Notes under the pieces: model-generated | Database searches by the model: none | Seen by the model: only the letters and a program-made list of their open reading frames with translations | Told to the model about the DNA's origin: nothing | Part shown: positions 1 to 12,200 of the stretch, one piece after another | Layout: the number at the start of each line of letters is the position of its first letter | Position numbering within the stretch: the first letter of the stretch is position 1 | Source: Eledone cirrhosa | Lineage: Eukaryota | Direction: 5' to 3' | DNA: 64,000 nucleotides | Assembly (NCBI GenBank): GCA_964016885.1 | Contig: OZ024742.1 | Location: 357,244,001-357,308,000, forward strand | Translations under genes and position numbers: made by a program

Positions 1-225
1 GACACCATGCTAGGGTGGTGGATTGGTAGTATTGGTAGAGGGTCGACCACCATGTTAGGGTGGTGGATTGGCAGTATTGGTAGAGGGTAGGACACCATCC
101 TAGGGTGGTGGATTGGTAGTATTGGTAGAGGGTCGGATACCATGCTAGGGTGGTGGATTGGTAGTATTGGTAGAGGGTAGGACACCATGCTAGGGTGGTG
201 GATTGGTAGTATTGGTAGAGGGTAG

Positions 226-1450
226 GACACCATCCTAGGGTGGTGGATTGGCAGTATTGGTAGATGGTAGGACACCATGCTAGAGTGGTGGATTGGTAGT
301 ATTGGTAGAGGGTCGGACACCATGCCAGCGTGGTGGATTGTTAGTATTGGTAGAGGGTAGGACACCATCCTAGGGTGGTGGATTGGCAGTATTAGTAGAG
401 GGTTGGACACCATGCTAGGGTGGTGGATTGGTAGTATTGGTAGAGAGTAGGATACCATGCTAGGGTGGTGGATTGGTAGTATTTGTAGAGGGTAGGACAC
501 CATCCTAGGGTGGGGGATTGGCAGTATTGGTAGAGGGTAGGACACCATGCTAGAGTGGTGGATTGGTAGTATTGGTAGAGGGTCGGACACCATGCTAGGG
601 TGGTGGATTGGTAGTATTGGTAGAAGGTCAGACACCATGCTAGGGTGGTGGATTGGTAGTATTGGTAGAGGGTAGGACACCATGCTAGGGTGGTGGATTG
701 CTAGTATTGGTAGAGGGTAGGACACCATGCTAGGGTGGTGGATTGGTAGTATTGGTAGAGGGTAGGACACCATGCTAGGGTGGTGGATTGGTAGTATTGG
801 TAGAGTGTAGGACACCATGCTAGGGTGGTGGATTGGTAGTATTGGTAGAGGGTAGGACACCATGCTAGGGTGGTGGATTGGTAGTATTGGTGGAGGGTAG
901 GACACCATGCTAGAGTGGTGGATTGGTAGTATTGGTAAAGGGTAGGACACCATGCAATGGTTGTGGATTGGTAGTATTGGTAGAGGGTAGGACACCATGC
1001 TAGGGTGGTGGATTGGTAGTATTGGTAGAGGGTCGGCCACCATGTTAGGGTGGTGGATTGGCAGTATTGGTAGAGGGTAGGACACCATGCTAGGGTGGTG
1101 GATTGGTAGTATTGGTAGAGGGTCGGACACCATGCTAGGGTGGTGGATTGGTAGTATTGGTAGAGGGTAGGACACCATGCTAGAGTGGTGGATTGGTAGT
1201 ATTGGTAGAGGGTACGACACCATCCTAGGGTGGTGGATTGGCAGTATTGGTAGATGGTAGGACACCATGCTAGAGTGGTGGATTGGTAGTATTGGTAGAG
1301 GGTCGGACACCATGCCAGCGTGGTGGATTGGTAGTATTGGTAGAGGGTAGGACACCATCCTAGGGTGGTGGATTGGCAGTATTAGTAGAGGGTTGGACAC
1401 CATGCTAGGGTGGTGGATTGGTAGTATTGGTAGAGAGTAGGACACCATGC
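226..1450 (+). repeat. Local duplicated block at 990-bp (22-monomer) offset
   Basis: Rare variants tagatggtag (261/1251), catgccagcg (321/1311), attagtagag (391/1381) and tagagagtag (441/1431) all recur at +990. Confidence 0.85.
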
Positions 1451-3465
1451 TAGGGTGGTGGATTGGTAGTATTGGTAGAGGGTAGGACACCATGCTAGGG
1501 TGGTGGATTGGTAGTGTTGGTAGAGGGTAGGACACCATGCTAGGGTGGTGGATTGGTAGTATTGGTAGAGGGTAGGACACCATGCTAGGGTGGTGGATTG
1601 GTAGTATTGGTAGAGGGTAGGACGCCATGCTAGGGTGGTTGATTGGTAGTATTGGTAGAGGGTAGGACACCATGCTAGGGTGGTGGATTGGTAGTATTGG
1701 TAGAGGGTCGGACACCATGCTAGGGTGGTGGATTGGTAGTATTGGTAGAGGGTAGGACACCATGCTAGGGTGGTGGATTGGTAGTATTGGTAGAGGGTCG
1801 GCCACCATGTTAGGGTGGTGGATTGGCAGTATTGGTAGAGGGTCAGACACCATGGTAGGGTGGTGGATTGGTAGTATTGGTAGAGTGTAGGACACCATGC
1901 TAGGGTGGTGGATTGGTAGTATTGGTAGAGGGTCGGCCACCATGTTAGGGTGGTGGATTGGCAGTATTGGTAGAGGGTCAGACACCATGCTAGGGTGGTG
2001 GATTGGTAGTATTGGTAGAGGGTAGGATACCATGCTAGGGTGGTGGATTGGTAGTATTGGTAGAGGGTAGGATACCATGCTAGGGTGGTGGATTGGTAGT
2101 ATTGGTAGAGGGTAGGACACCATGCGAGGGTGGTGGATTGGTAGTGTTGGTAGAGGGTAGTACACCATGCTAGGGTGGTGGATTGGTAGTATTGGTAGAG
2201 GGTAGGACACCATGTTAGGGTGGTGGATTGGCAGTATTGGTAGAGGGTAGGACACCATGCTAGGGTGGTGGATTGCTATTATTGGTAGAGGGTCGGCCAC
2301 CATGTAAGGGTCGTGGAATGGCAGTATTGGTAGAGGGTAGGACACCATGCTAGGGTGGTGGATTGGCAGTAATGGTAGAGGGTAGGACACCATGCTAGGG
2401 TGGTGGATTGGTAGTATTGGTAGAGGGTAGGACACCATGCTAGGGTGGTGGATTGGTAGTATTGGTAGAGGGTAGGACACCATGCTAGGGTGGTGGATTG
2501 GTAGTATTGGTAGAGGGTAGGACACCATGCTCGGGTGGTGGATTGGTAGTATTGGTAGAGTGTAGGACACCATGCTAGGGTGGTGGATTGGTAGTATTGG
2601 TAGAGGGTAGGACACCATCCTAGGGTGGTGGATTGGTAGTATTGGTAGAGGGTTGGACACCATGCTAGGGTGGTGGATTGGTAGTATTGGTAGAGGGTAG
2701 GACACCATGCTAGGGTGGTGGATTGGTAGTATTGGTAGAGGGTAGGACACCATGCTAGGGTGGTGGATTGGTAGTGTTGGTAGAGGGTAGTACACCATGC
2801 TAGGGTGGTGGATTGGTAGTATTGGTAGAGGGTCGGACACCATGCTAGGGTGGTGGATTGGTAGTATTGGTAGAGGGTAGGACACCATGCTAGGGTGGTG
2901 GATTGGTAGTATTGGTAGAGGGTAGGACAACATGCTAGGGTGGTGGATTGGTAGTATTGATAGAGGGTCGGCCACCATGTTAGGGTGGTGGATTGGCAGT
3001 ATTGGTAGAGGGTAGGACACCATGGTAGGGTGGTGGATTGGTAGTATTGGTAGAGGGTCGGACACCATGCTAGGGTGGTGGATTGGTAGTATTGGTAGAG
3101 GGTAGGACACCATGCTAGGGTGGTGGATTGGTAGTATTTGTAGAGAGTAGGACACCATCCTAGGGTGGTGGATTGGCAGTATTGGTAGAGGGTAGGGCAC
3201 CATGCTAGAGTGGTGGATTGGTAGTATTGGTAGAGGGTCGGACACCATGCTAGGGTGGTGGATTGGTAGTATTGGTAGAGTGTAGGACACCATCCTAGGG
3301 TGGTGGATTGGCAGTATTGGTAGAGGGTTGGACACCATGCTAGGGTGGTGGATTGGTAGTATTGGTAGAGGGTAGGACACCATGCTAGGGTGGTGGATTG
3401 GTAGTATTGGTAGAGGGTAGGACACCATGCTAGGGTGGTGGATTGGTAGTATTGGTAGAGGGTCG

Positions 3466-4680
3466 GACACCATGCTAGGGTGGTGGATTGTTAGTATTGG
3501 TAGAGGGTAGGACACCATGCTAGGATGGTGGATTGGTAGTATTGGTAGAGGGTAGGACACCATGCTAGTGTGGTGGATTGGTAGTATTGGTAGAGGGTTG
3601 GCCACCTTGTTAGGGTGATGGATTGGCAGTATTGGTAGAGGGTAGGACACCATGCTAGGGTGGTAGATTGGTAGTATTGGTAGAGGGTAGGACACCATGT
3701 TAGGGTGGTGGATTGGCAGTATTGGTAGAGGGTAGGACACCATGCTAGGGTGGTGGATTGCTAGTATTGGTAGAGGGTCGGCCACCATGTTTAGGTCGTG
3801 GAATGGCAGTATTGGTAGAGGGTAGGACACCATGCTAGGGTGGTGGATTGGCAGTATTGGTAGAGGGTAGGACACCATGCTAGGGTGGTGGATTGGTAGT
3901 ATTGGTAGAGGGTAGGACACCATGCTAGGGTGGTGGATTAGCAGTATTGGTAGAGGGTAAGACACCATGCTAGGGTGGTGGATAGGTAGTATTGGTAGAG
4001 GGTCAGACACCATGCTAGGGTGGTAGATTGGTAGTATTGGTAGAGGGTCGGACACCATGCTAGGGTGGTGGATTGGTAGTATTGGTAGAGGGTAGGACAC
4101 CATGCTAGGGTGGTGGATTGTTAGTATTGGTAGAGGGTAGGACACCATGCTAGGGTGGTGGATTGGCAGTATTGGTAGAGGGTAGGACACCATGCTAGGG
4201 TGGTGGATTGGTAGTATTGGTAGAAGGTTGGCCACCTTGTTAGGGTGATGGATTGGCAGTATTGGTAGAGGGTAGGACACCATGCTAGGGTGGTAGATTG
4301 GTAGTATTGGTAGAGGGTAGGACACCATGTTAGGGTGGTGGATTGGCAGTATTGGTAGAGGGTAGGACACCATGCTAGGGTGGTGGATTGCTAGTATTGG
4401 TAGAGGGTCGGCCACCATGTTTAGGTTGTGGAATGGCAGTATTGGTAGAGGGTAGGACACCATGCTAGGGTGGTGGATTGGCAGTATTGGTAGAGGGTAG
4501 GACACCATGCTAGGGTGGTGGATTGGTAGTATTGGTAGAGGGTAGGACACCATGCTAGGGTGGTGGATTAGCAGTATTGGTAGAGGGTAAGACACCATGC
4601 TAGGGTGGTGGATTGGTAGTATTGGTAGAGGGTCAGACACCATGCTAGGGTGGTGGATTGGTAGTATTGGTAGAGGGTAG
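3466..4680 (+). repeat. Tandem duplication of 630 bp (14 monomers)
   Basis: gccaccttgttagggtgatg (3601/4231), atgtttagg (~3787/4417), gattagcag (3936/4566) and ggtaagac (~3956/4586) all recur at +630. Confidence 0.88.
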
Positions 4681-7600
4681 GACACCATGCTAGGGTGGTG
4701 GATTGGTAGTATTGGTAGAGGGTAGGACACCATGCTAGAGTGGTGGATTGGTAGTATTGGTAGAGGGTCGGCCACCATGCTAGGGTGGTGGATTGGTAGT
4801 ATTGGTAGAGGGTAGGACACCATCCTAGGGTGGTTGATTGGCAGTATTGGTAGAGGGTTGGACACCATGCTAGGGTGGTGGATTGGTAGTATTGCTAGAG
4901 GGTAGGACACCATGCTAGGGTGGTGGATTGGCAGTATTGGTAGAAGGTCAGACACCATGCTAGGGTGGTGGATTACCTGTATTGGTAGAGGGTAGGACAC
5001 CATGCTAGGGTGGTGGATTGGTAGTATTGGTAGAGGGTCAGACACCATGCTAGGGTGGTGGATTGGTAGTATTGGTAGAAGGTCAGACACCATGCTAGGG
5101 TGGTGGATTGGTAGTATTGGTAGAGGGTAGGACACCATGCTAGGGTGGTGGATTGGTAGTATTGGTAGAGGGTAGGACACCATGCTAGGGTGGTGGATTG
5201 GTAGTATTGGTAGAGTGTAGGACACCATACTAGGGTGGTGGATTTGTAGTATTGGTAGAGGGTAGGACACCATGCTAGGGTGGTGGATTGGTAGTATTGG
5301 TGGAGGGTAGGACACCATGCTAGAGTGGTGGATTGGTAGTATTGGTAAAGGGTAGGACACCATGCAATGGTTGTGGATTGGCAGTATTGGTAGAGGGTCG
5401 GTCACCATGCTAGGGTGGCGGATTGGTAGTATTGGTAGAGGGTAGGGCACCATGCTAGGGTGGTGGATTGGTAGTATTGGTAGAGGGTAGGACACCATGC
5501 TAGGGTGGTGGATTGGTAGTATTGGTAGAGGGTAGGACACCATGCTAGGGTGGTGGATTGGTAGTATTGGTAGAGGGTAGGACACCATGCTAGTGTGGTG
5601 GATTGGTAGTATTGGTAGAGGGTAATGCACCATGCTAGGGTGGTGGATTGGTAGTATTGGTAGAGGGTAGGACACCATGCTAGGGTGGTGGATTGGTAGT
5701 ATTGGTAGAGGGTAGGACACCATGCTAGGGTGGTGGATTGGTAGTATTGGTAGAGGGTAGGACACCATGCTAGGGTGGTGGATTGGTAGTATTGGTAGAG
5801 GGTCGGCCACCACGTTAGGGTGGTGGATTGGCAGAATTGGTAGAGGGTAGGACACCATGCTAGGGTGGTGGATTGGTAGTATTGGTAGAGGGTAGGACAC
5901 CATGCTAGGGTGGTGGATTGGTAGTATTGGTAGAGGGTAGGGCACCATCCTAGGCTGGTGGATTGGCAGTATTGGTAGAGGGTAGGACACCATGCTAGAG
6001 TGGTGGATTGGTAGTATTGGTAGAGGGTCGGCCACCATGCTAGGGTGGTGGATTGGTAGTATTGGTAGAGGGTAGGACACCATCCTAGGGTGGTGGATTG
6101 GCAGTATTGGTAGAGGGTTGGACACCATGCTAGGGTGGTGGATTGGTAGTATTGCTAGAGGGTAGGACACCATGCTAGGGTGGTGGATTGGTAGTATTGG
6201 TAGAGGGTAGGACACCATGCTAGGGTGGTGGATTGGTAGTGTTGGTAGAGGGTAGGACACCATGCTAGGGTGGTGGATTGGTAGTATTGGTAGAGGGTAG
6301 GAAACCATGCTAGGGTGGTGGATTGGTAGTATTGGTAGAGGGTAGGACACCATGCTAGGGTGGTGGATTGGTAGTGTTGGTAGAGGGTAGTACACCATGC
6401 TAGGGTGGTGGATTGGTAGTATTGGTAGAGGGTCGGACACCATGCTAGGGTGGTGGATTGGTAGTATTGGTAGAGGGTTGGACACCATGCTAGGGTGGTG
6501 GATTGGTAGTATTGGTAGAGGGTCGGCCACCATGTTAGGGTGGTGTATTGGCAGTATTGGTAGCGGGTAGGACACCATGCTAGGGTGGTGGATTGGTAGT
6601 ATTGGTAGAGGGTCGGACACCATGCTAGGGTGGTGGATTGGTAGTATTGGTAGAGGGTAGGACACCATGCTAGGGTGGTGGATTGGTAGTATTGGTAGAG
6701 GATAGGACACCATCCTAGGGTGGTGGATTGGCAGTATTGGTAGAGGGTAGGACACCATGCTAGAGTGGTGGATTGGTAGTATTGGTAGAGGGTCGGACAC
6801 CATGCTAGGGTGGTGGATTGGTAGTATTGGTAGAGGGTAGGACACCATCCTAGGGTGGTGGATTGGCAGTATTGGTAGAGGGTTGGACACCATGCTAGGG
6901 TGGTGGATTGGTAGTATTGGTAGAGGGTAGGACACCATGCTAAGGTGGTGGATTGGTAGTATTGGTAGAGGGTAGGACACCATGCTAGGGTGGTGGATTG
7001 GTTGTGTTGGTAGAGGGTAGTACACCATGCTAGGGTGGTGGATTGGTAGTATTGGTAGAGGGTCGGACACCATGCTAGGGTGGTGGATTGGTAGTATTGG
7101 TAGAGGGTAGGACACCATGCTAGGGTGGTGGATTGGTAGTAATGGTAAAGGATAGGACACCATGCTAGGGTGGTGGATTGGTAGTATTGGTAGAGAGTAG
7201 GACACCATGCTAGGGTGGTGGATTGGCAGTATTGGTAGAGAGTAGGACACCATGCTAGGGTGGTGGATTGGCAGTATTGGTAGACGGTGGGACACCATGC
7301 TAGGGTGGTGGATTGGCAGTATTGGTAGAGAGTAGGACACCATGCTAGGGTGGTGGATTGGCAGTATTGGTAGAGAGTAGGACACCATGCTAGGGTGCTG
7401 GATTGGCAGTATTGGTAGAGAGTAGGACACCATGCTAGGGTGGTGGATAGGCAGTATTGGTATAGAGTAGGACACCATGCTAGGGTGGTGGATTGGTAGT
7501 ATCGGTAGAGGGTCGGACACCATGCTAGGGTGGTGGATTGGTAGTATTGGTAGAGGGTAGGACACCATGCTAGGGTGGTGGATTGGTAGTATTGGTAGAG

Positions 7601-8189
7601 GGTAGGACACCATCCTAGGGTGGTGGATTGGCAGTATTGGTAGAGGGTAGGACACCATGCTAGAGTGGTGGATTGGTAGTATTGGTAGAGGGTCGGACAC
7701 CATGCTAGGGTGGTGGATTGGTAGTATTGGTAGAGGGTAGGACACCATGCTAGGGTGGTGGATTGGTAGTGTTGGTAGAGGGTCGGACACCATGCTAGGG
7801 TGGTGGATTGGTAGTATTGGTAGAGGGTAGGACACCATGCTAGGGTGGTGGATTGGTAGTATTGGTAGAGGGTAGGACACCATGCTAAGGTGGTGGATTG
7901 GTAGTATTGGTAGAGGGTCGGCCACCATGTTAGGGTGATGGATTGGCAGTATTGGTAGAGGGTAGGACACCATGCTAGGGTGGTGGATTGGTAGTATTGG
8001 TAGAGGGTAGGACACCATGTTAGGGTGGTGGATTGGCAATATTGGTAGAGGGTAGGACACCATGCTAGGGTGGTGGATTGCTAGTATTGGTAGAGGGTCG
8101 GCCACCATGTTTGGGTGGTGGAATGGCAGTATTGGTAGAGGGTAGGACACCATGCTAGGGTGGTGGATTGGCAGTATTGGTAGAGGGTA

Positions 8190-9270
8190 GGACACCAGTC
8201 TAGGGTGGTGGATTGGTAGTATTGGTAGAGGGTATGACACCATGCTAGGGTGGTGGATTGGTAGTATTGGTAGAGGGTAGGACACCATGTTAGGGTCGTG
8301 GATTGGTAGTATTGGTAGAGGGTCGGACACCATGCTAGGGTGGTGGATTGGTAGTGTCGGTAGAGAGTAGGACACCATGCTAGGGTGGTGGATTGGCAGT
8401 ATTGGTAGAGAGTAGGACACCATGCTAGGGTGGTGGATTGGTAGTATCGGTAGAGAGTAGGACACCATGTTAGGGTGGTGGATTGGTAGTATTGGTAGAG
8501 AGTAGGACACCATGTTAAGGTGGTGGATTGGTAGTATTGGAAGAGGGTAGGACACCATGCTAGGGTGGTGGATTGGCAGTATTGGTAGTGAGTAGGACAC
8601 CATGCTAGGGTGGTGGATTGGCAGTATTGGTAGAGGGTCGGACACCATGCTAGGGTGGTGGATTGGTAGTATTGGTAGAGAGTAGGACACCATGCTAGGG
8701 TGGTGGATTGGTAGTATTGGTAGAGGGTAGGACACCATGCTAGGGTGGTGGATTGGTAGTATTGGTAGAGAGTATGACACCATGCTAGGGTGGTGGATTG
8801 GCAGTATTGGTAGAGAGTAGGACACCATGCTAGGGTGGTGGATTGGCAGTATTGGTAGAGGGTAGGACAGCAGTCTAGGGTGGTGGATTGGTAGTATTGG
8901 TAGAGGGTATGACACCATGCTAGGGTGGTGGATTCGTAGTATTGGTAGAGGGTATGACACCATGCTAGGGTGGTGGATTGGTAGTATTGGTAGAGGGTAG
9001 GACACCATGTTAGGGTCGTGGATTGGTAGTATTGGTAGAGGGTCGGACACCATGCTAGGGTGGTGGATTGGTAGTGTCGGTAGAGAGTAGGACACCATGC
9101 TAGGGTGGTGGATTGGCAGTATTGGTAGAGAGTAGGACACCATGCTAGGGTGGTGGATTGGTAGTATTGGTAGAGAGTAGGACACCATGTTAGGGTGGTG
9201 GATTGGTAGTATTGGTAGAGAGTAGGACACCATGTTAGGGTGGTGGATTGGTAGTATTGAAGAGGGTAGG
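8190..9270 (+). repeat. Duplication at 720-bp (16-monomer) offset
   Basis: ggtatgac (8231/8951), ggtcgtg (8294/9014), gtgtcgg (~8354/9074) and the aagagg variant (8536/9256) recur at +720. The rare cagtctaggg variant occurs at ~8196 and ~8871. Confidence 0.8.
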
Positions 9271-12200
9271 ACACCATGCTAGGGTGGTGGATTGGCAGTA
9301 TTGGTAGAGAGTAGGACACCATGCTAGGGTGGTGGATTGGCAGTATTGGTAGAGAGTAGGACACCATGCTAGGGTGGTGGATTGGCAGTATTGGTAGAGG
9401 GTAGGACACCATGCTAGGGTGGTGGATTGGTAGTATTGGTAGAGAGTAGGACACCATGCTAGGGTGGTGGATTGGTAGTATTGGTAGAGGGTAGGACACC
9501 ATGCTAGGGTGGTGGATTGGTAGTATTGGTAGAGAGTAGGACACCATGCTAGGGTGGTGGATTGGCAGTATTGGTAGAGGGTCGGACACCATGCTAGGGT
9601 GGTGGATTGGTAGTATTGGTAGAGAGTAGGACACCATGCTAGGGTGGTGGATTGGTAGTATTGGTAGAGGGTCGGACACCATGCTAGGGTGGTGGATTGG
9701 TAGTATTGGTAGAGAGTAGGACACCATGCTAGGGTGGTGGAATGGCAGTATTGGTAGAGGGTAGGACACCATGCTAGGGTGGTGGATTGGTAGTATTGGT
9801 AGAGAGTAGGACACCATGCTAGGGTGGTGGATTGGCAGTATTGGTAGAGAGTAGGACACCATGCTAGGGTGGTGGATTGGCAGTATTGGTAGAGGGTAGG
9901 ACACCATGCTAGGGTGGTGGATTGCTAGTATTGGTAGAGGGTCGGCCACCATGTTTGGGTGGTGGAATGGCAGTATTGGTAGAGGGTAGGACACCATGCT
10001 AGGGTGGTGGATTGGCAGTATTGGTAGAGGGTAGGACACCATGCTAGGGTGGTGGATTGCTAGTATTGGTAGAGAGTAGGACACCATGCTAGGGTGGTGG
10101 ATTGGTAGTATTGGTAGAGGGTAGGACACTATGCTAGGGTGGTGGATTGGTAGTATTGGTAGAGAGTAGGACACCATGCTAGGGTGGTGGATTGGCAGTA
10201 TTGGTAGAGAGTAGGACACCATGCTAGGGTGGTGGATTGGCAGTATTGGTAGAGGGTCGGACACCATGTTAGGGTGGTGGATTGGCAGTATTGGTAGAGA
10301 GTAGTACACCATGCTAGGGTGCTGGATTGGCAGTATTGGTAGAGAGTAGGACACCATGCTAGGGTGGTGGATTGGCAGTATTGGTAGAGAGTAGGACACC
10401 ATGCTAGGGTGGTGGATTGGCAGTATTGGTAGAGAGTAGGACACCATGCTAGGGTGGTGGATTGGTAGTATTGGTAGAGGGTAGGACACCATGCTAGGGT
10501 GGTGGATTGGCAGTACTGGTAGAGGGTTGCAAACCATGCTAGGGTGGTGGATTGGTAGGATTGGTAGAGGGTAGGGCACCATGCTAGGCTGTTGGATTGG
10601 AAGTATTGGTAGTGGGCCTGACACCATGCTAGGCTGGTGGATTGGAAGTATTGGTAGTGGGCCTGACACCATGCTAGGGTGGTGGATTGGCAGTTTTGGT
10701 AGACAGTAGGACACCATGTTAGGGTGGTGGATTGGTAGTATTGGTAGAGGGTAGGACACCATGTTAGGGTGGTGGATTGGCAGTATTGGTAGAGGGTAGG
10801 AAACCATGCTAGGGTGGTGGATTGGTTGTATTATTAGAGGGTCGGCCACCATGCTAGGGTGGTAGATTGGTAGTATTGGTAGAGGGTAGGACACCATGCT
10901 AGGGTGCTGGATTGGTAGTATTGGTAGAGGGTAGGACACCATGCTAGGGTGGTGGATTGGTAGTATTGGTATAGAGTAGGACACCATGTTAGGGTGGTGG
11001 ATTGGTAGTATTGGTAGAGGGTCGGACACCATGTTAGGGTGGTGGATTGGTAGTATTGGTAGAGGGTTGGACACCATGCTAGGGTGGTGGATTGGTAGTA
11101 TTGGTAGAGGGTCGGACACCATGCTAGGGTGGTGACTTGGTAGTATTGGTAGAGGGTTGGACACCATGCTAGGGTGGTGTATTGCTAGTATTGTCAGAGG
11201 GTTGGACACCATGCTAGGGTGGTGGATTGGTAGTGTCGGTAGAGAGTAGGACACCATGCGAGTGTGGTGGATTGGTAGTATTGGTAGAGTGTAGAACAAC
11301 ATGCTAGGGCGGAGGATTGGCAGTACTGGTAGAGGGTTGGAAACCATGCTAGGGTGGTGGATTGGCAGTATTCGTAGAGGGTCGGACACCATGCTAGGGT
11401 GGTAGTTTGGCAGTGTTGGTAGAGGGTCGGCCACCATGCTAGGGTGGTGGATTGGTAGTATTGTTAGAGAGTAGGACACCATGTTAGGGTGGTGGATTTG
11501 TAGTGTCGGTAGAGAGTAGGACACCATGCTAGGGTGGTGGATTGGTAGTGTTGGTAGAGAGTAGGACACCATGCTAGGGTGGTGGATTGGCAGTACTGGT
11601 AGAGGGATGGAAACCATGCTAGGGTGGTGGATTGGCAGTATTGGTAGAGGGTCGGACACCATGCTAGGGTGGTGGATTGGCAGTATTGGTAGAGGGTTGG
11701 ACACCATGCTAGGGTCGTGGTTTGGCAGTATTGGTAGAGGGTCGGACACCATGCTAGGGTGGTGGCTTGGCAGTATCGGTAGAGGGTCGGACGCCATGCT
11801 AGGGTGGTGGTTTGGTAGTATTGGTAGAGGGTATGACACCATGCTAGGGTGGTGGATTGCTAGTATTGTTAGAGGGTAGGACACCATGCTAGGGTGGTGG
11901 ATTGGTAGTATTGGTAGAGAGTAGGACACCATGTTAGGGTGGTGGATTTGTAGTATTGGTAGAGAGTAGGACACCATGCTAAAGTGGTGGATTGGTAGTG
12001 TCGGTAGAGGGTAGAACACCATGCTAGGGTGGTAGATTGGCAGTATTGGTAGAGAGTAGGACACCATGCCAGGGTGGTGGATTGGTAGTATTGGTAGAGG
12101 GTAGGACACCATGCTAGGGTGGTGGATTGGTAGTATTGGTAGAGGGTAGGACACCATGCTAGGGTGGTGGATTGGTAGTATTGGTAGAGGGTAGGACACC

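Larger units (their letters stand above)
1..9258 (+). repeat. Homogeneous, indel-free sub-domain of about 205 monomers in exact 45-bp register
   Basis: Monomer starts stay at 1+45n up to 9226. The first register shift is at ~9259 (attgaagagg vs attggaagagg at 8536). G9C (catcctaggg) is frequent here; G41A is rare before ~7196. Confidence 0.9.

Noticed and set aside
5954-5961. E. coli Chi site GCTGGTGG in G15C variant monomers; paired CCAAT boxes on the minus strand of each monomer
   Set aside because: These are short motifs expected from the monomer sequence. There is no bacterial or promoter context to support a function.
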